DNA of 50,547 nt from a virus. Lineage: Duplodnaviria > Caudoviricetes. Numbering within the stretch: the first letter of the stretch is position 1; each line of letters starts with the position of its first letter. Shown piece after piece: positions 1 to 8,126 of this stretch. Below the pieces are notes generated by a model. It searched no databases. It saw nothing but the letters and a program-made list of their open reading frames with translations, and was not told where the DNA came from. A program made the translations under genes and the position numbers. The stretch spans positions 1 through 50,547 of the IMG/VR virus record IMGVR_UViG_3300020156_000007; one strand, 5' to 3'.

Positions 1-127
1 ACTTCCCGGCCTGGTTGCCCGCGCTTCCCCTGGTGGGCCTGCTCCTGTTCGGGCTGGCGCGCCTTCTCATGGGCTACCCCGACCCCGGCTGCCCCTGATC
101 CTTCCTCCGTCCGTCGAGCGGCCCTCA
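1..127 (+). repeat. Terminal direct repeat, identical to 50421..50547 (circular contig overlap)
   Basis: Exact 127-bp identity of both ends; 127 is a common assembler k-mer and the repeat falls inside an ORF. Confidence 0.95.
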
Positions 128-142
128 ACGCCGGCGGCGAGG

Positions 143-183
143 GCGCCCGGCCGGTTCGCCTCCTTTTCCGGCCGGGCGCTTCC
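143..183 (+). terminator. GC hairpin after the lysis-operon end
   Basis: gcgcccggccgg / ccggccgggcgc inverted repeat; weak U tract. Confidence 0.5.
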
Positions 184-213
184 CATTTCACCCTTCGCTC
201 ATGGAGTCCGCCG

Positions 214-444
214 ATGCGGAAGCTGACGTCATGGATCCTCGTCTGGGCGGCGCTCGCGTGCTGCTGCTTTCTGGCTGCTGACCTTGCTGGGCGCCACGCG
301 CTCACGCGGCAGAGTCCGGCGCAGCGGGCGATGAACGCCGACGACGGAGGCGTGACGTACTTTTACCCGGCCCGAACCGCTGGGCCGCCTGGCCCGGCCC
401 TGGCCCGCGCTGCGCGCGACCGCTGGCGAAGCGCCCGCGCCTGA
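214..444 (+). CDS. Small membrane or secreted hypothetical protein
   Basis: GGAG RBS, hydrophobic N-terminus, followed by a terminator. Confidence 0.55.
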   Translation: MRKLTSWILVWAALACCCFLAADLAGRHALTRQSPAQRAMNADDGGVTYFYPARTAGPPGPALARAARDRWRSARA

Positions 445-472
445 TCAAACTCCGCCCCTCGATGGGCCAGCA

Positions 473-504
473 ACGCCCCCGGCTTCGGCCGGGGGCGTTT
501 TCGT
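473..504 (+). terminator. Rho-independent terminator (copy 1 of a 32-bp direct repeat)
   Basis: acgcccccggc-ttcg-gccgggggcgt-tttcgt. Confidence 0.85.
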
Positions 505-733
505 TTGCTGTCCATTAGACGTGCGGTGCATTTCGTCTGCGTGTTTGACGGCAGTCACAAAAAGTGCGCCTAGTTGTCACGGTAGTGCCGGGAAATGGAC
601 TCTGGGGCCGCGCCACTACCCTGATGCCAGTTGCCTAACTGTGCGCTTTTCACTTGATCCACGAACAGTCGGCGGGACGTCAAATCTCGCCGTCGACTTG
701 CGACGCCTTGAAGGTGTCGCAGAGGGAGGAGTC

Positions 734-1138
734 ATGACGAAAACATCTGACAGACGTGGCGCGCTTAAGAGTGTCTTCCAGGCCAGCCTGGGAGTCGCCA
801 CCCTCGGCCTGCTCGGCACCGCTGCTGCAGCCCAGGAGGCCAGGCGGCCTTTCAAACCGCCGACGGGGACGGGCCCCTACGATCCGTTCGGCCCCGGCGG
901 CGAGGGACCACCGTGGCTGCAGGGCTGGCTGCGCAAGGCCAAGGGCAACCCGCAGATGCAGGGCGATTTCCTGGTCAGGGTCGGCCAAGGCATGCAGCGC
1001 GGGAACACGGAGGCGGTGATTCAGAAGTTCGCTGCCGAGAACGGCGGCGCTGGCGGTGAAAACCGCGGGATGAAGTGGCCGTGGAAGAAGGTCGTCGCGA
1101 TCATCCTGCGCGCCGTGGCCGAATGGCTCGACCCCTGA
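734..1138 (+). CDS. Tat-signal exported hypothetical protein (moron)
   Basis: GGAGGA RBS before ATG734; SDRRGAL twin-Arg motif, hydrophobic h-region, AAA-AQ cleavage site. Confidence 0.75.
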   Translation: MTKTSDRRGALKSVFQASLGVATLGLLGTAAAAQEARRPFKPPTGTGPYDPFGPGGEGPPWLQGWLRKAKGNPQMQGDFLVRVGQGMQRGNTEAVIQKFAAENGGAGGENRGMKWPWKKVVAIILRAVAEWLDP

Positions 1139-1173
1139 TCGTTTCGGTCGGCCGGATAAGACGATGCCTTGGG

Positions 1174-1205
1174 ACGCCCCCGGCTTCGGCCGGGGGCGTT
1201 TTCGT
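1174..1205 (+). terminator. Rho-independent terminator (copy 2, identical to 473..504)
   Basis: Identical 32 bp. Confidence 0.85.
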
Positions 1206-1333
1206 GTGTCTGGGCTCCATATCTGCCGTGTGACATGGCCTGTCGCTCGCGGGGCGAGAGCCTTGCGGGGCAACGGCCAGAACTGTCCCCAGCGCGTGTG
1301 ACTTTGTTCACCGCTAGGCGGCCATCATGAATG

Positions 1334-1371
1334 GAAACGGCCCGCCGACGTTGCTAGCGTCGGCGGGCCGT
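1334..1371 (-). terminator. Terminator for the leftward accessory transcript
   Basis: 14-bp perfect stem acggcccgccgacg/cgtcggcgggccgt followed by TTT on the minus strand. Confidence 0.7.
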
Positions 1372-1438
1372 AAGGTGATGAGGGGAGGGGGACGGTTTCC
1401 TTAGGTGTCGAGCCCGGAGCCGACCTCTTCCCTCGGTC

Positions 1439-1570
1439 CTACTTCTTGCGGTTCGGCGCCTGGGTGAGGGCCGAGGCCGCTGCGGACTTCGCCGCTGCCG
1501 ATGACTTCGGGTCGCGAAGGACCTTCGACGCCGCGCTTGCGGCGGCCTTGCCAGTTTTTTCGTTAGCCAT
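1439..1570 (-). CDS. Small basic Ala/Lys/Ser-rich protein (MANEKTGKAAASAASKVLRDPKSS...)
   Basis: AAGGA RBS before ATG1570; 43 aa; resembles a small-protein family I recall from mobile elements. Confidence 0.7.
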   Translation of the reverse strand: MANEKTGKAAASAASKVLRDPKSSAAAKSAAASALTQAPNRKK

Positions 1571-1705
1571 GGTTAGTTTCCTTGACGGCCCGGGATTGGA
1601 CCGCGTCGGCAGCCTACGACTGATTCGATGCTCCACCAGTGAGAGAGGCCGGGGAAAAGTCGCGTCGTGCTGTGGATATGGTGGGTATGTCCGGGGCAAG
1701 GCCCG

Positions 1706-1900
1706 TCAGCCCGCCTTCCCCGCCGCGATCGCCAGGCACTCGCTCATCTGTCCGGCCGTCGCCGGATCCAGCGCGAAGCGATGCTCGGCCCCGTCCCGGT
1801 CGCGGATGATCAGCGCCACCATGCCGTCGGCCGAGAAGCCGGTGCGCCACTGGTCGACCAAGAGGAAGGGCAGGGCGTCGTCGTCGCCGGCGTCAGACAT
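1706..1900 (-). CDS. Hypothetical protein
   Basis: Overlaps the SRAP stop; typical codon usage. Confidence 0.55.
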   Translation of the reverse strand: MSDAGDDDALPFLLVDQWRTGFSADGMVALIIRDRDGAEHRFALDPATAGQMSECLAIAAGKAG

Positions 1901-2561
1901 CCGCCGCCGCCCGTTTCGTTTCCGGCGGCGCCAGCTCGACGCGGATGCTGCCCTCGGCCGAGCCCGTCAGCAGGGGCGCGACGTCGGCCTCAAGGTCCAG
2001 CCAGGTCGCCCAGTGTTCGCGCTCCAGCACGACGGGCTGGCGGTCGTGGTAGTTGGCCGCGTCCGGACCCGGCGCGCAGGTCAGCATGGTGAAGCTCTCC
2101 AGCGGCCCGTCCGGGCTGTTCCAGGTGTCCCACAGGCCGGGAAAGGCCATCCATTGGCCGTCGGCGCGGGTGAACAGCCATTTGGTCTTGGCGCCCTTCT
2201 CCCCGGTCCATTCGTAATAGCCGTCGGCCGGGACCAGGCAGCGCCGCCGCTTGAACGGCTCGCGGTAGGAGGCCGTCGTGGCGACCGTTTCCGACCGGGC
2301 GTTGGTGCACAGGAACTTGCGGCTGATCTCCTTCGAGAAGAACGGCACCAGGCCCCAGCGCATCTGGGCCAGCTCGACGCCGGCGGCGGGGTTGGCCGGA
2401 TCGACCGGCCGGAACACGACCGCCTTGTTGGTGGGGCGAATGTCGTCGCGCGGTTCCAGGTTGGGGATGCGCGCGGTGTCGAACTTCAGTGGAATCTTCA
2501 GCTGGCTGAAATCCTCGCTGTAGTCGGTCCAGCCCAGGCGGTTGCGGTAGCGGTTGCACAT
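1893..2561 (-). CDS. SOS response-associated peptidase (SRAP/YedK/HMCES family, abasic-site protection)
   Basis: N-terminal MCNRY (catalytic Cys2), RWGLVP, NARSET, RCLVPADGYYEW, HDRQPV. Confidence 0.95.
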   Translation of the reverse strand: MCNRYRNRLGWTDYSEDFSQLKIPLKFDTARIPNLEPRDDIRPTNKAVVFRPVDPANPAAGVELAQMRWGLVPFFSKEISRKFLCTNARSETVATTASYREPFKRRRCLVPADGYYEWTGEKGAKTKWLFTRADGQWMAFPGLWDTWNSPDGPLESFTMLTCAPGPDAANYHDRQPVVLEREHWATWLDLEADVAPLLTGSAEGSIRVELAPPETKRAAADV

Positions 2562-2562
2562 G

Positions 2563-3000
2563 TCAGCGGAGGCTCAGCGGGCAGAGCTGGACGCTGGGGA
2601 TCGTCACCTCGCGGGCCGAGCCGGCGCAGTCGTAGCTGCAGGTCTTGTTCATGCCGCTGGTCCGCTCGCCGGTCTTGAGGCACATCGGCCCGCGCGGTCG
2701 GGTCTCGGCCGGTTGCTGGCGTGATCGGTTGGCCGTGGTCGCCCCGCCGCTGGTGCGCATGCTGATGGGGCAAAGGTCGGCCGAGCCCACGGTCTGGGAG
2801 GCTTCCGAGCCGCCGCAGTCGTAGTAGCAGATCTTGTTCATGCCGCTGATCCGCTCGCCCCTGTGGCTGCAGACCATCTGCACCCGCACCAGGGCGGGGT
2901 CGCCGGCGCGAGCGCCGCTCGCCGGGGACCGGGCCGTCTGGTCCAGGGCTGGTCCCGCCAGCATCCCCGCGGCCAGGGCTGCCGCCATCAACGCCTTCAT
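2563..3000 (-). CDS. Secreted Cys-rich protein with two internal repeats
   Basis: Signal peptide MKALMAAALAAGMLAGPA; two C-x3-GERxSGMNKxCxYDCxGS...LCPxS units. Confidence 0.75.
   Translation of the reverse strand: MKALMAAALAAGMLAGPALDQTARSPASGARAGDPALVRVQMVCSHRGERISGMNKICYYDCGGSEASQTVGSADLCPISMRTSGGATTANRSRQQPAETRPRGPMCLKTGERTSGMNKTCSYDCAGSAREVTIPSVQLCPLSLR
2908..2922. repeat. 15-bp dispersed palindrome, copy 1
   Basis: GCGAGCGCCGCTCGC. Confidence 0.9.
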
Positions 3001-3120
3001 CACCCGTCCTCCATCCCGGCCGAACACTGGGCGAGGCGGGTGTGCGGGGTCAAGCGCGCGGCGACACCCCGGCCTTGCGCTTCACAACGCCAGGCTGCAC
3101 GGTGCGCCGAGGGGAGTCTC

Positions 3121-3516
3121 ATGGAACTACTGATCGCCTGCATGCTGATCGGCCTCATTCCGGGCGTCATCGCGGCGTCCAGGGGGCACAATTTCCTGCT
3201 CTGGTGGCTGTTCGGCGCGGCGCTCTTCATCGTCGCCCTGCCGTGCTCCCTTTTCCTGAAGAGCCCGGAGCGCAAGGCCGAGGAAGACGCCCGCCGTGTG
3301 GCCCGGGACGCCGCGCTGGCGCAGCTGGTGGCGAACACGACGGCGGCCCAGGGCGCCGCGACCGCGGCCGCCGCCGCGCCGTCGGGCGACACCCGCGACT
3401 GTCCCTGGTGCGCCGAGACGATCAAGGCGGCGGCGAGGATCTGCCGCTTCTGCAATCGCGACGTCGACCCCGTCGAGCGGCTGGACCCTGCAGCCGCCTC
3501 TCCGGGGCCGGCGTGA
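3121..3516 (+). CDS. Membrane protein with C-terminal zinc ribbon
   Basis: GGGGAG RBS; two TM segments; CPWCAETIKAAARICRFC. Confidence 0.85.
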   Translation: MELLIACMLIGLIPGVIAASRGHNFLLWWLFGAALFIVALPCSLFLKSPERKAEEDARRVARDAALAQLVANTTAAQGAATAAAAAPSGDTRDCPWCAETIKAAARICRFCNRDVDPVERLDPAAASPGPA

Positions 3517-3520
3517 GGCT

Positions 3521-3817
3521 CTAGACCGGCGGATCCCGCCCCTCGAGCCTGAAGTACTGAACCGCGCCCGGCGGCCGGGCCGAGAAGTGTTCGAAGCCGG
3601 GGCAGGGCGGGTAGGCGTAGCAGCGCGAGCGGCGGTTCCAGAGGCTCACCTCCGGCCCCATGAAGCGGACGATCATGCCCAGGCGGACGATGCGCTTGCG
3701 GCGGCAGTGGTCGCACTCGGCCAGCACCTCCCAGTTCGAGCGCAGCATGGCGCCGACGCTCTCGTGGCCCGGCCGCCAGTCGGCCAGGGTCCAGCGATCC
3801 TTGTTGCGATGGCCCAT
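3521..3817 (-). CDS. Small Zn-finger protein
   Basis: CDHC...C-x5-C; coupled to the upstream gene by TGATG. Confidence 0.7.
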   Translation of the reverse strand: MGHRNKDRWTLADWRPGHESVGAMLRSNWEVLAECDHCRRKRIVRLGMIVRFMGPEVSLWNRRSRCYAYPPCPGFEHFSARPPGAVQYFRLEGRDPPV

Positions 3818-4119
3818 CAGTCCGGCTGGCGATCGAGCGGGAAGACGTCGTCGATGTTCGGGTCGACCGGCCGGGCGTTGGCGAAGCCGGGCTCCGGCGC
3901 GACCAGGCGTTCGATCAGGGTGGCGATCGCCCGGCCGGCGCACCGCTCGCCGCCGATGTAGCGCAGGCAGCGGGCCCGCCGCTCGGCCTCGGCCAGGGTG
4001 GTGACGCCGTAGGTCCGCACCAGGTGGCCGGTCGGCCGGTCCGACACCGCGCCGCAGCGCAGACAACGGAACTGCACGGCCATGCCGGGAAGGCCGGTGA
4101 TGTCGCGCGGCTCAGCCAT
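3817..4119 (-). CDS. Small Zn-finger protein
   Basis: CLRC...C-x8-C; operon spacing. Confidence 0.7.
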   Translation of the reverse strand: MAEPRDITGLPGMAVQFRCLRCGAVSDRPTGHLVRTYGVTTLAEAERRARCLRYIGGERCAGRAIATLIERLVAPEPGFANARPVDPNIDDVFPLDRQPD

Positions 4120-4120
4120 G

Positions 4121-4288
4121 TCAGCGCCCGAAGTCGGGATCGCCGCACTCCGGGCAGCTGGGCGCATGCACCAGCCAGACCCGGCTGGCCGGGCCCGTCG
4201 GCGCCGGCGTCGGCACGGCCAGCTGCACGAAGTCGCAGACCCCGCAGCGCAGGGCGACCGGGGCAGGGGCAGGAAGCGGATTGTCCAT
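4121..4288 (-). CDS. Small Zn-ribbon protein
   Basis: CGVC...CPEC. Confidence 0.6.
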   Translation of the reverse strand: MDNPLPAPAPVALRCGVCDFVQLAVPTPAPTGPASRVWLVHAPSCPECGDPDFGR

Positions 4289-4335
4289 GTTCAGACCAGG
4301 CAGGCGCCGACCGACCGGGCTGGCCGCCATCTAGA

Positions 4336-4350
4336 GCGAGCGCCGCTCGC
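4336..4350. repeat. 15-bp dispersed palindrome, copy 2 (next to the LexA box)
   Basis: GCGAGCGCCGCTCGC. Confidence 0.9.
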
Positions 4351-4363
4351 GAGTCCAGAGGGT

Positions 4364-4378
4364 GTTCACGGGATGTTC
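4364..4378 (-). promoter_or_regulatory. Alphaproteobacterial LexA (SOS) box
   Basis: GTTC-acgggat-GTTC (GTTC-N7-GTTC), intergenic, upstream of the Zn-finger operon. Confidence 0.75.
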
Positions 4379-4398
4379 CGGCCGTTCCTAGGCTTTCC

Positions 4399-4776
4399 CT
4401 AGCCTCGCAGGGCCTGCAGCAGCTGGCGGTACTCGCCTTCTGAGAGGCAAGTGCTGGCCTCCCAGAAACGGTCCCGCCCCCCATCGTCGGGCCCCAGCCA
4501 ATCCTCAAACGTTGACCGGCGTCCATCGGGCGCCACGACCACGTCGACGTAATCCAGATCGTCGCAGTCGTTGAATATTTCGACGGTCCAGCCGTTGGCG
4601 AGCCGCGCTACGACGTTGCCGCAGAAGACGTCTGCCCACGACCGCTCCAGCGTGAAGGTGACATCTCCCGTCGCCATAGCCCGCACTTGGGCCACGGCCT
4701 CCTCACGCGAGACGGCGGGGGTGACGGGCGGCGGGCGATAGCCCCATGTGTCGGTCATAGGCGCTTGGTCGCTCAT
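4399..4776 (-). CDS. Hypothetical protein
   Basis: 125-aa ORF directly downstream of the integrase, with a G-rich RBS. Confidence 0.65.
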   Translation of the reverse strand: MSDQAPMTDTWGYRPPPVTPAVSREEAVAQVRAMATGDVTFTLERSWADVFCGNVVARLANGWTVEIFNDCDDLDYVDVVVAPDGRRSTFEDWLGPDDGGRDRFWEASTCLSEGEYRQLLQALRG

Positions 4777-4787
4777 CGCCTGCCCCC

Positions 4788-6452
4788 TTAAAAATCAAGC
4801 CGCAGCGCGACGGTCGGCGAAGTATGCCAGCGGCTGCAGTGGCCCCCAACCACCAACGCTCCTGTACAAAGCGAGCGGTCCAGGTGTTCGCCGGCGTCCA
4901 TGAGGCCGGCCAGTCTTCCATGCAGGATGAGGTCGACGGGGGCGCCGCGGGCGTCGGACGTGGGCTGGATCTCGATGCGGTCGATCAGGCCGCGGGCGAC
5001 GTCGACGAGGCGGCGGTCGGCGTCGGTAGACGACCGCGCGGCGTCGGACAGGTAGGCGTGCAGCTGCTCGACCTGGCGCCGCCATGCGGCGGCGGCTTCG
5101 GGGTGGAGCTGGATGGGGGCGTTGGCGGCGGCCTCGTCGGGGATGGCGGCGAGTTCGGCGCGGGCCTCGGCGGCCTCGGCGTTGGCCGCGGCGATGCGGG
5201 CGCGCACCTGGGCGGCCATGGGGTCGGCCTTGTCGAGGTCCAGCAGTTCGTCGAGCAGGCGCTCGGCCTTGCGCTCCAGCACTGCGATGCGCTTTTCCAG
5301 GGGCTGGCGACGGTTCACGGCGACGGCGCGCTGGGCGGCGGCGGCCCGGCGGTATTCCTCGACGTAGATCCGGACGGCCTCGGGATGCAGCAGGCGCTGC
5401 GACAGGCCCTCCAGCACGCGCCGCTCGACGTCTCGGCCGAGGACGATGCGGCGGTTCGTGCAGGCCGCCGGACCCTTCTCGCGCGCGGCGGCGCACTGCA
5501 GCCGGCCTCCGCTGGTCGCGGTGTAGGAGGCCCCGCAGCGGCATTTGAGCAGGCCCGACAGCAGCCCCGGACGGCGCACCAGGCGCTCGGGCCGGACGCC
5601 CGCCTCGCGGGCCTTGCGGGCGCGGACGCGGCGCCAGATCTCGTCGGGCACGATGCGCAGGTGCGGGGCCGGGGTGCGCTTCCACTGTTCCGGCGGCAGG
5701 GCGATGGAGCGTCGGGCGCCGGTGGCGCGGTCCTTGGTCTCGCGGATCCGGCCGTACACCTTCACCCCGGCATAGGCCTCGCTGTTCAGGATGCCGTTGC
5801 CGCGCTGGACCGAGCCGTTGATGCTGGAGCTGTTCCACATGCCGCCGCGCGGACCCGGAACGCCCTCGCGGTTCAGCTGGGCGGCGATGGCCCGGGGCGT
5901 CGCGCCGTCGGCGTAGGCCTCGCAGATCCGGCGCACGACGGCTGCCTCCTCCTCGACGATCACGACCTCGCCGCCCGGGCTGGAGCGGTATCCGTAGAGA
6001 CGCGAGCCGGTGGCCAGGCCTTTCTCGGCGTTGCTGGCCATGCCGCGTTTCGTCTTGGCCGACAGGGCGTCGAGGTAGAGTTCGTTCATCACCCCCTTGA
6101 GCCCGACCTCGAGGATGCCGATGGCGTCGGTCGAGAGGGTGGCGATGGCGATGCCGGCCGCGCGCAGCCGGTTGAAGACGTGGGCCTGGTGCTCGAGGTT
6201 GCGCGCGATGCGGTCCTCGTCCTCGGCCAGCAGGATGTCGAAGCCGCCGCGCTCGCCCAGGTCCAGGGCCGCGTTCAGGCCCGGTCGGTTGAACATGTGG
6301 GCGCCGGAGATCGCCGCATCGGAGAAGACGTCGACCACGGCCCAGCCCCGCGCGGCGGCGTGGCGTGTCAGGACCGCGACCTGGTCCTCGATCGAGCGGG
6401 CGTTCTGGCGGTCGGAGCTGTAGCGGGCGTAGAGGGCGACGCGGGCGGTCAT
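4788..6452 (-). CDS. Large serine recombinase (integrase)
   Basis: YARYSS catalytic Ser, DRIAR, recombinase domain, LLSGLLKC-x-CG Zn ribbon, coiled coil. Confidence 0.95.
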   Translation of the reverse strand: MTARVALYARYSSDRQNARSIEDQVAVLTRHAAARGWAVVDVFSDAAISGAHMFNRPGLNAALDLGERGGFDILLAEDEDRIARNLEHQAHVFNRLRAAGIAIATLSTDAIGILEVGLKGVMNELYLDALSAKTKRGMASNAEKGLATGSRLYGYRSSPGGEVVIVEEEAAVVRRICEAYADGATPRAIAAQLNREGVPGPRGGMWNSSSINGSVQRGNGILNSEAYAGVKVYGRIRETKDRATGARRSIALPPEQWKRTPAPHLRIVPDEIWRRVRARKAREAGVRPERLVRRPGLLSGLLKCRCGASYTATSGGRLQCAAAREKGPAACTNRRIVLGRDVERRVLEGLSQRLLHPEAVRIYVEEYRRAAAAQRAVAVNRRQPLEKRIAVLERKAERLLDELLDLDKADPMAAQVRARIAAANAEAAEARAELAAIPDEAAANAPIQLHPEAAAAWRRQVEQLHAYLSDAARSSTDADRRLVDVARGLIDRIEIQPTSDARGAPVDLILHGRLAGLMDAGEHLDRSLCTGALVVGGHCSRWHTSPTVALRLDF

Positions 6453-6455
6453 GGG

Positions 6456-7625
6456 CTAGTCCTTCGACTTGCCGTAGTTGTCGCGCAGCCAAGAAAGGCT
6501 GCCCCACTTCCGGCCAGGCTCACTCGCAACTGAGTGGCGGCCAGGGCGGCTCCGCCTGGCTTCGGTCACAGCCGCGGCCATCCGGTCGGTGAACAACTGA
6601 ACGTCGAGGAAGTAGTTCGGATATGCGGCCCGCAAGTCGCCGACCCGGTCCACTTCGATGAGAACAGCCTGGGGGTATTCTTGGCTGGTCTCGGCGACGA
6701 ACGATGCCTCGGCCGTTAGTCGAAACTGAGTGTTGCTGCGCACCCGCACCGACCTGTTGATGTTGTCGTATTCAACGACGAACGACTGACCGGGCATCCG
6801 GGCGTACTCGTTCGTAAGTCGGATCGCCTCGTTGTAGCTGTGCAGGTTGGCGATCGCCCCCAAGTGAGCCTCAACCTCCGCCAGTTCGTTGAGCAGCTCT
6901 GCACGATCGGCCGGAGTTCCGGGGACTGTGGGGCAGCCCTCCTCGGCGGCGATGACCGATGACATGAGAGTGAAAAGCCGAAGCCAGCGCGGGCAGCCAC
7001 GGCCGGCCTTCAAGTCTTGATCGTTGACCAAGCCGACGGCTTCCACGGCCGTCGCCCATGCGTGCTGCAGGCGCGTTCGGAGTTGGACTTCGATCCGCCG
7101 TCGGGTGGTAATGCTGACGCCATCCTCGTCGCGAACATGCAGCGTAATATGGTGGCTGCGGTAGCCGCTCGGCTTAGGCTCGTCGATGTAGCGCCAGTGG
7201 CGCGCGGCCTGATATCGAGACGATCCGCCGTCATAGAAGCCCACGAGGGCACGCACGCTGTCCATGTCCGGCATGATGGCCCTGCACCCGCCGATGTCCT
7301 GGATGTCGTAGAGGGTCAAAGGCGTCCGACGCAGCTTGTTCCGTATGGAGCTGATCCTCTTCAACCGCCCAGCGGTCAGTCCGCTCTCGCTCAGTTTGCG
7401 TGCAGCGGTAGAGAGCTCCCGGCGCGCCCGCCGCATTGGCTCGACGTGAGCCAGACGAAGCTCGTGAACGGTCCGGAAGATTTGGACGGTTTCGTCGCTG
7501 TAGGGATATGGCAGGAAACCGCGGAGCTTCTCGCCGACGGCGTTTATCTCTCGTTTCGAGTGCTTGGGCACGTGGAACCCGTCGAGATCGCTCCACTCTG
7601 AGTTGGCGGAAGCGGTCGGAGTCAT
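6456..7625 (-). CDS. RelA/SpoT-domain protein; fused CapRel-like toxSAS toxin-antitoxin
   Basis: RLKRxxSIxxKL, QDIGGCR, YIxxPKxSGYRSxH, IEVQLRTxLQHAWATAVE; C-terminal AYPNYF (YXXY) motif. Confidence 0.85.
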   Translation of the reverse strand: MTPTASANSEWSDLDGFHVPKHSKREINAVGEKLRGFLPYPYSDETVQIFRTVHELRLAHVEPMRRARRELSTAARKLSESGLTAGRLKRISSIRNKLRRTPLTLYDIQDIGGCRAIMPDMDSVRALVGFYDGGSSRYQAARHWRYIDEPKPSGYRSHHITLHVRDEDGVSITTRRRIEVQLRTRLQHAWATAVEAVGLVNDQDLKAGRGCPRWLRLFTLMSSVIAAEEGCPTVPGTPADRAELLNELAEVEAHLGAIANLHSYNEAIRLTNEYARMPGQSFVVEYDNINRSVRVRSNTQFRLTAEASFVAETSQEYPQAVLIEVDRVGDLRAAYPNYFLDVQLFTDRMAAAVTEARRSRPGRHSVASEPGRKWGSLSWLRDNYGKSKD

Positions 7626-7798
7626 ACGCTGGCTGTTGCGAGAGGCACAACCGCCTCGCTGCAGTGAGCCTCACGGGCGGCGTCGGCGCGGGCCATGGCG
7701 CGGATCAGGTCGACGAGTTCCGGCTCAAGCGGCCGCGAGGGCTCGGAGGCGGGAGCCTCCGGCCGGTCGGCGGCGAGCATGAGCCGGAGCGCGGGCAT
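7622..7798 (-). CDS. Small hypothetical protein (possible recombination directionality factor)
   Basis: 58 aa (MPALRLML...ELVDLIRAMARADAARE...), translated by hand; ATGA overlap with the CapRel-like gene. Confidence 0.5.
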   Translation of the reverse strand: MPALRLMLAADRPEAPASEPSRPLEPELVDLIRAMARADAAREAHCSEAVVPLATASV

Positions 7799-7802
7799 GG
7801 GG

Positions 7803-8126
7803 TCAGGCGGCCTCGCCGGCCTGGGCGAGCGCCGCTCGCCGGTTGCAGGCGTCGAGCTCGCGCCGGCCGGCGGGGAGGATGCGGACCTCGCCGCGGCTGG
7901 CGGCGATCCAGCCGGCGTCGAGCATGGGGCTGATGGCGACCCACATCCGCTTGTGCCGCGCGCGGTTGGACAGGTCTTCGCCCTGTCCGGTCATGTTGCG
8001 CAGGTCGCGGTAGGACATGCGGGCGCGGTCGTCGCCCACCAGGGCGGTCAGGATCTCGTGCCAGACCTTGCCGGGGACCAGCTCGGGCGCCTCCGGCGCG
8101 GCAGAGAAGCGGAGGGTCTCAGGCAT
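7803..8126 (-). CDS. Hypothetical protein (winged-helix-like)
   Basis: Operon coupling; LDAGWI..VRILPAGR pattern. Confidence 0.65.
   Translation of the reverse strand: MPETLRFSAAPEAPELVPGKVWHEILTALVGDDRARMSYRDLRNMTGQGEDLSNRARHKRMWVAISPMLDAGWIAASRGEVRILPAGRRELDACNRRAALAQAGEAA
7825..7839. repeat. 15-bp dispersed palindrome, copy 3
   Basis: GCGAGCGCCGCTCGC. Confidence 0.9.

Noticed and set aside
1-127. Terminal repeat as a biological DTR or att site
   Set aside because: Length equals a common assembler k-mer, it lies within an ORF, and a cos site plus GpA terminase indicate different physical ends
521-733. Upstream extensions in the ORF track (e.g. starts at 521, 2863, 14158, 28678, 27146)
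   Set aside because: Better RBS-supported or translationally coupled starts lie downstream
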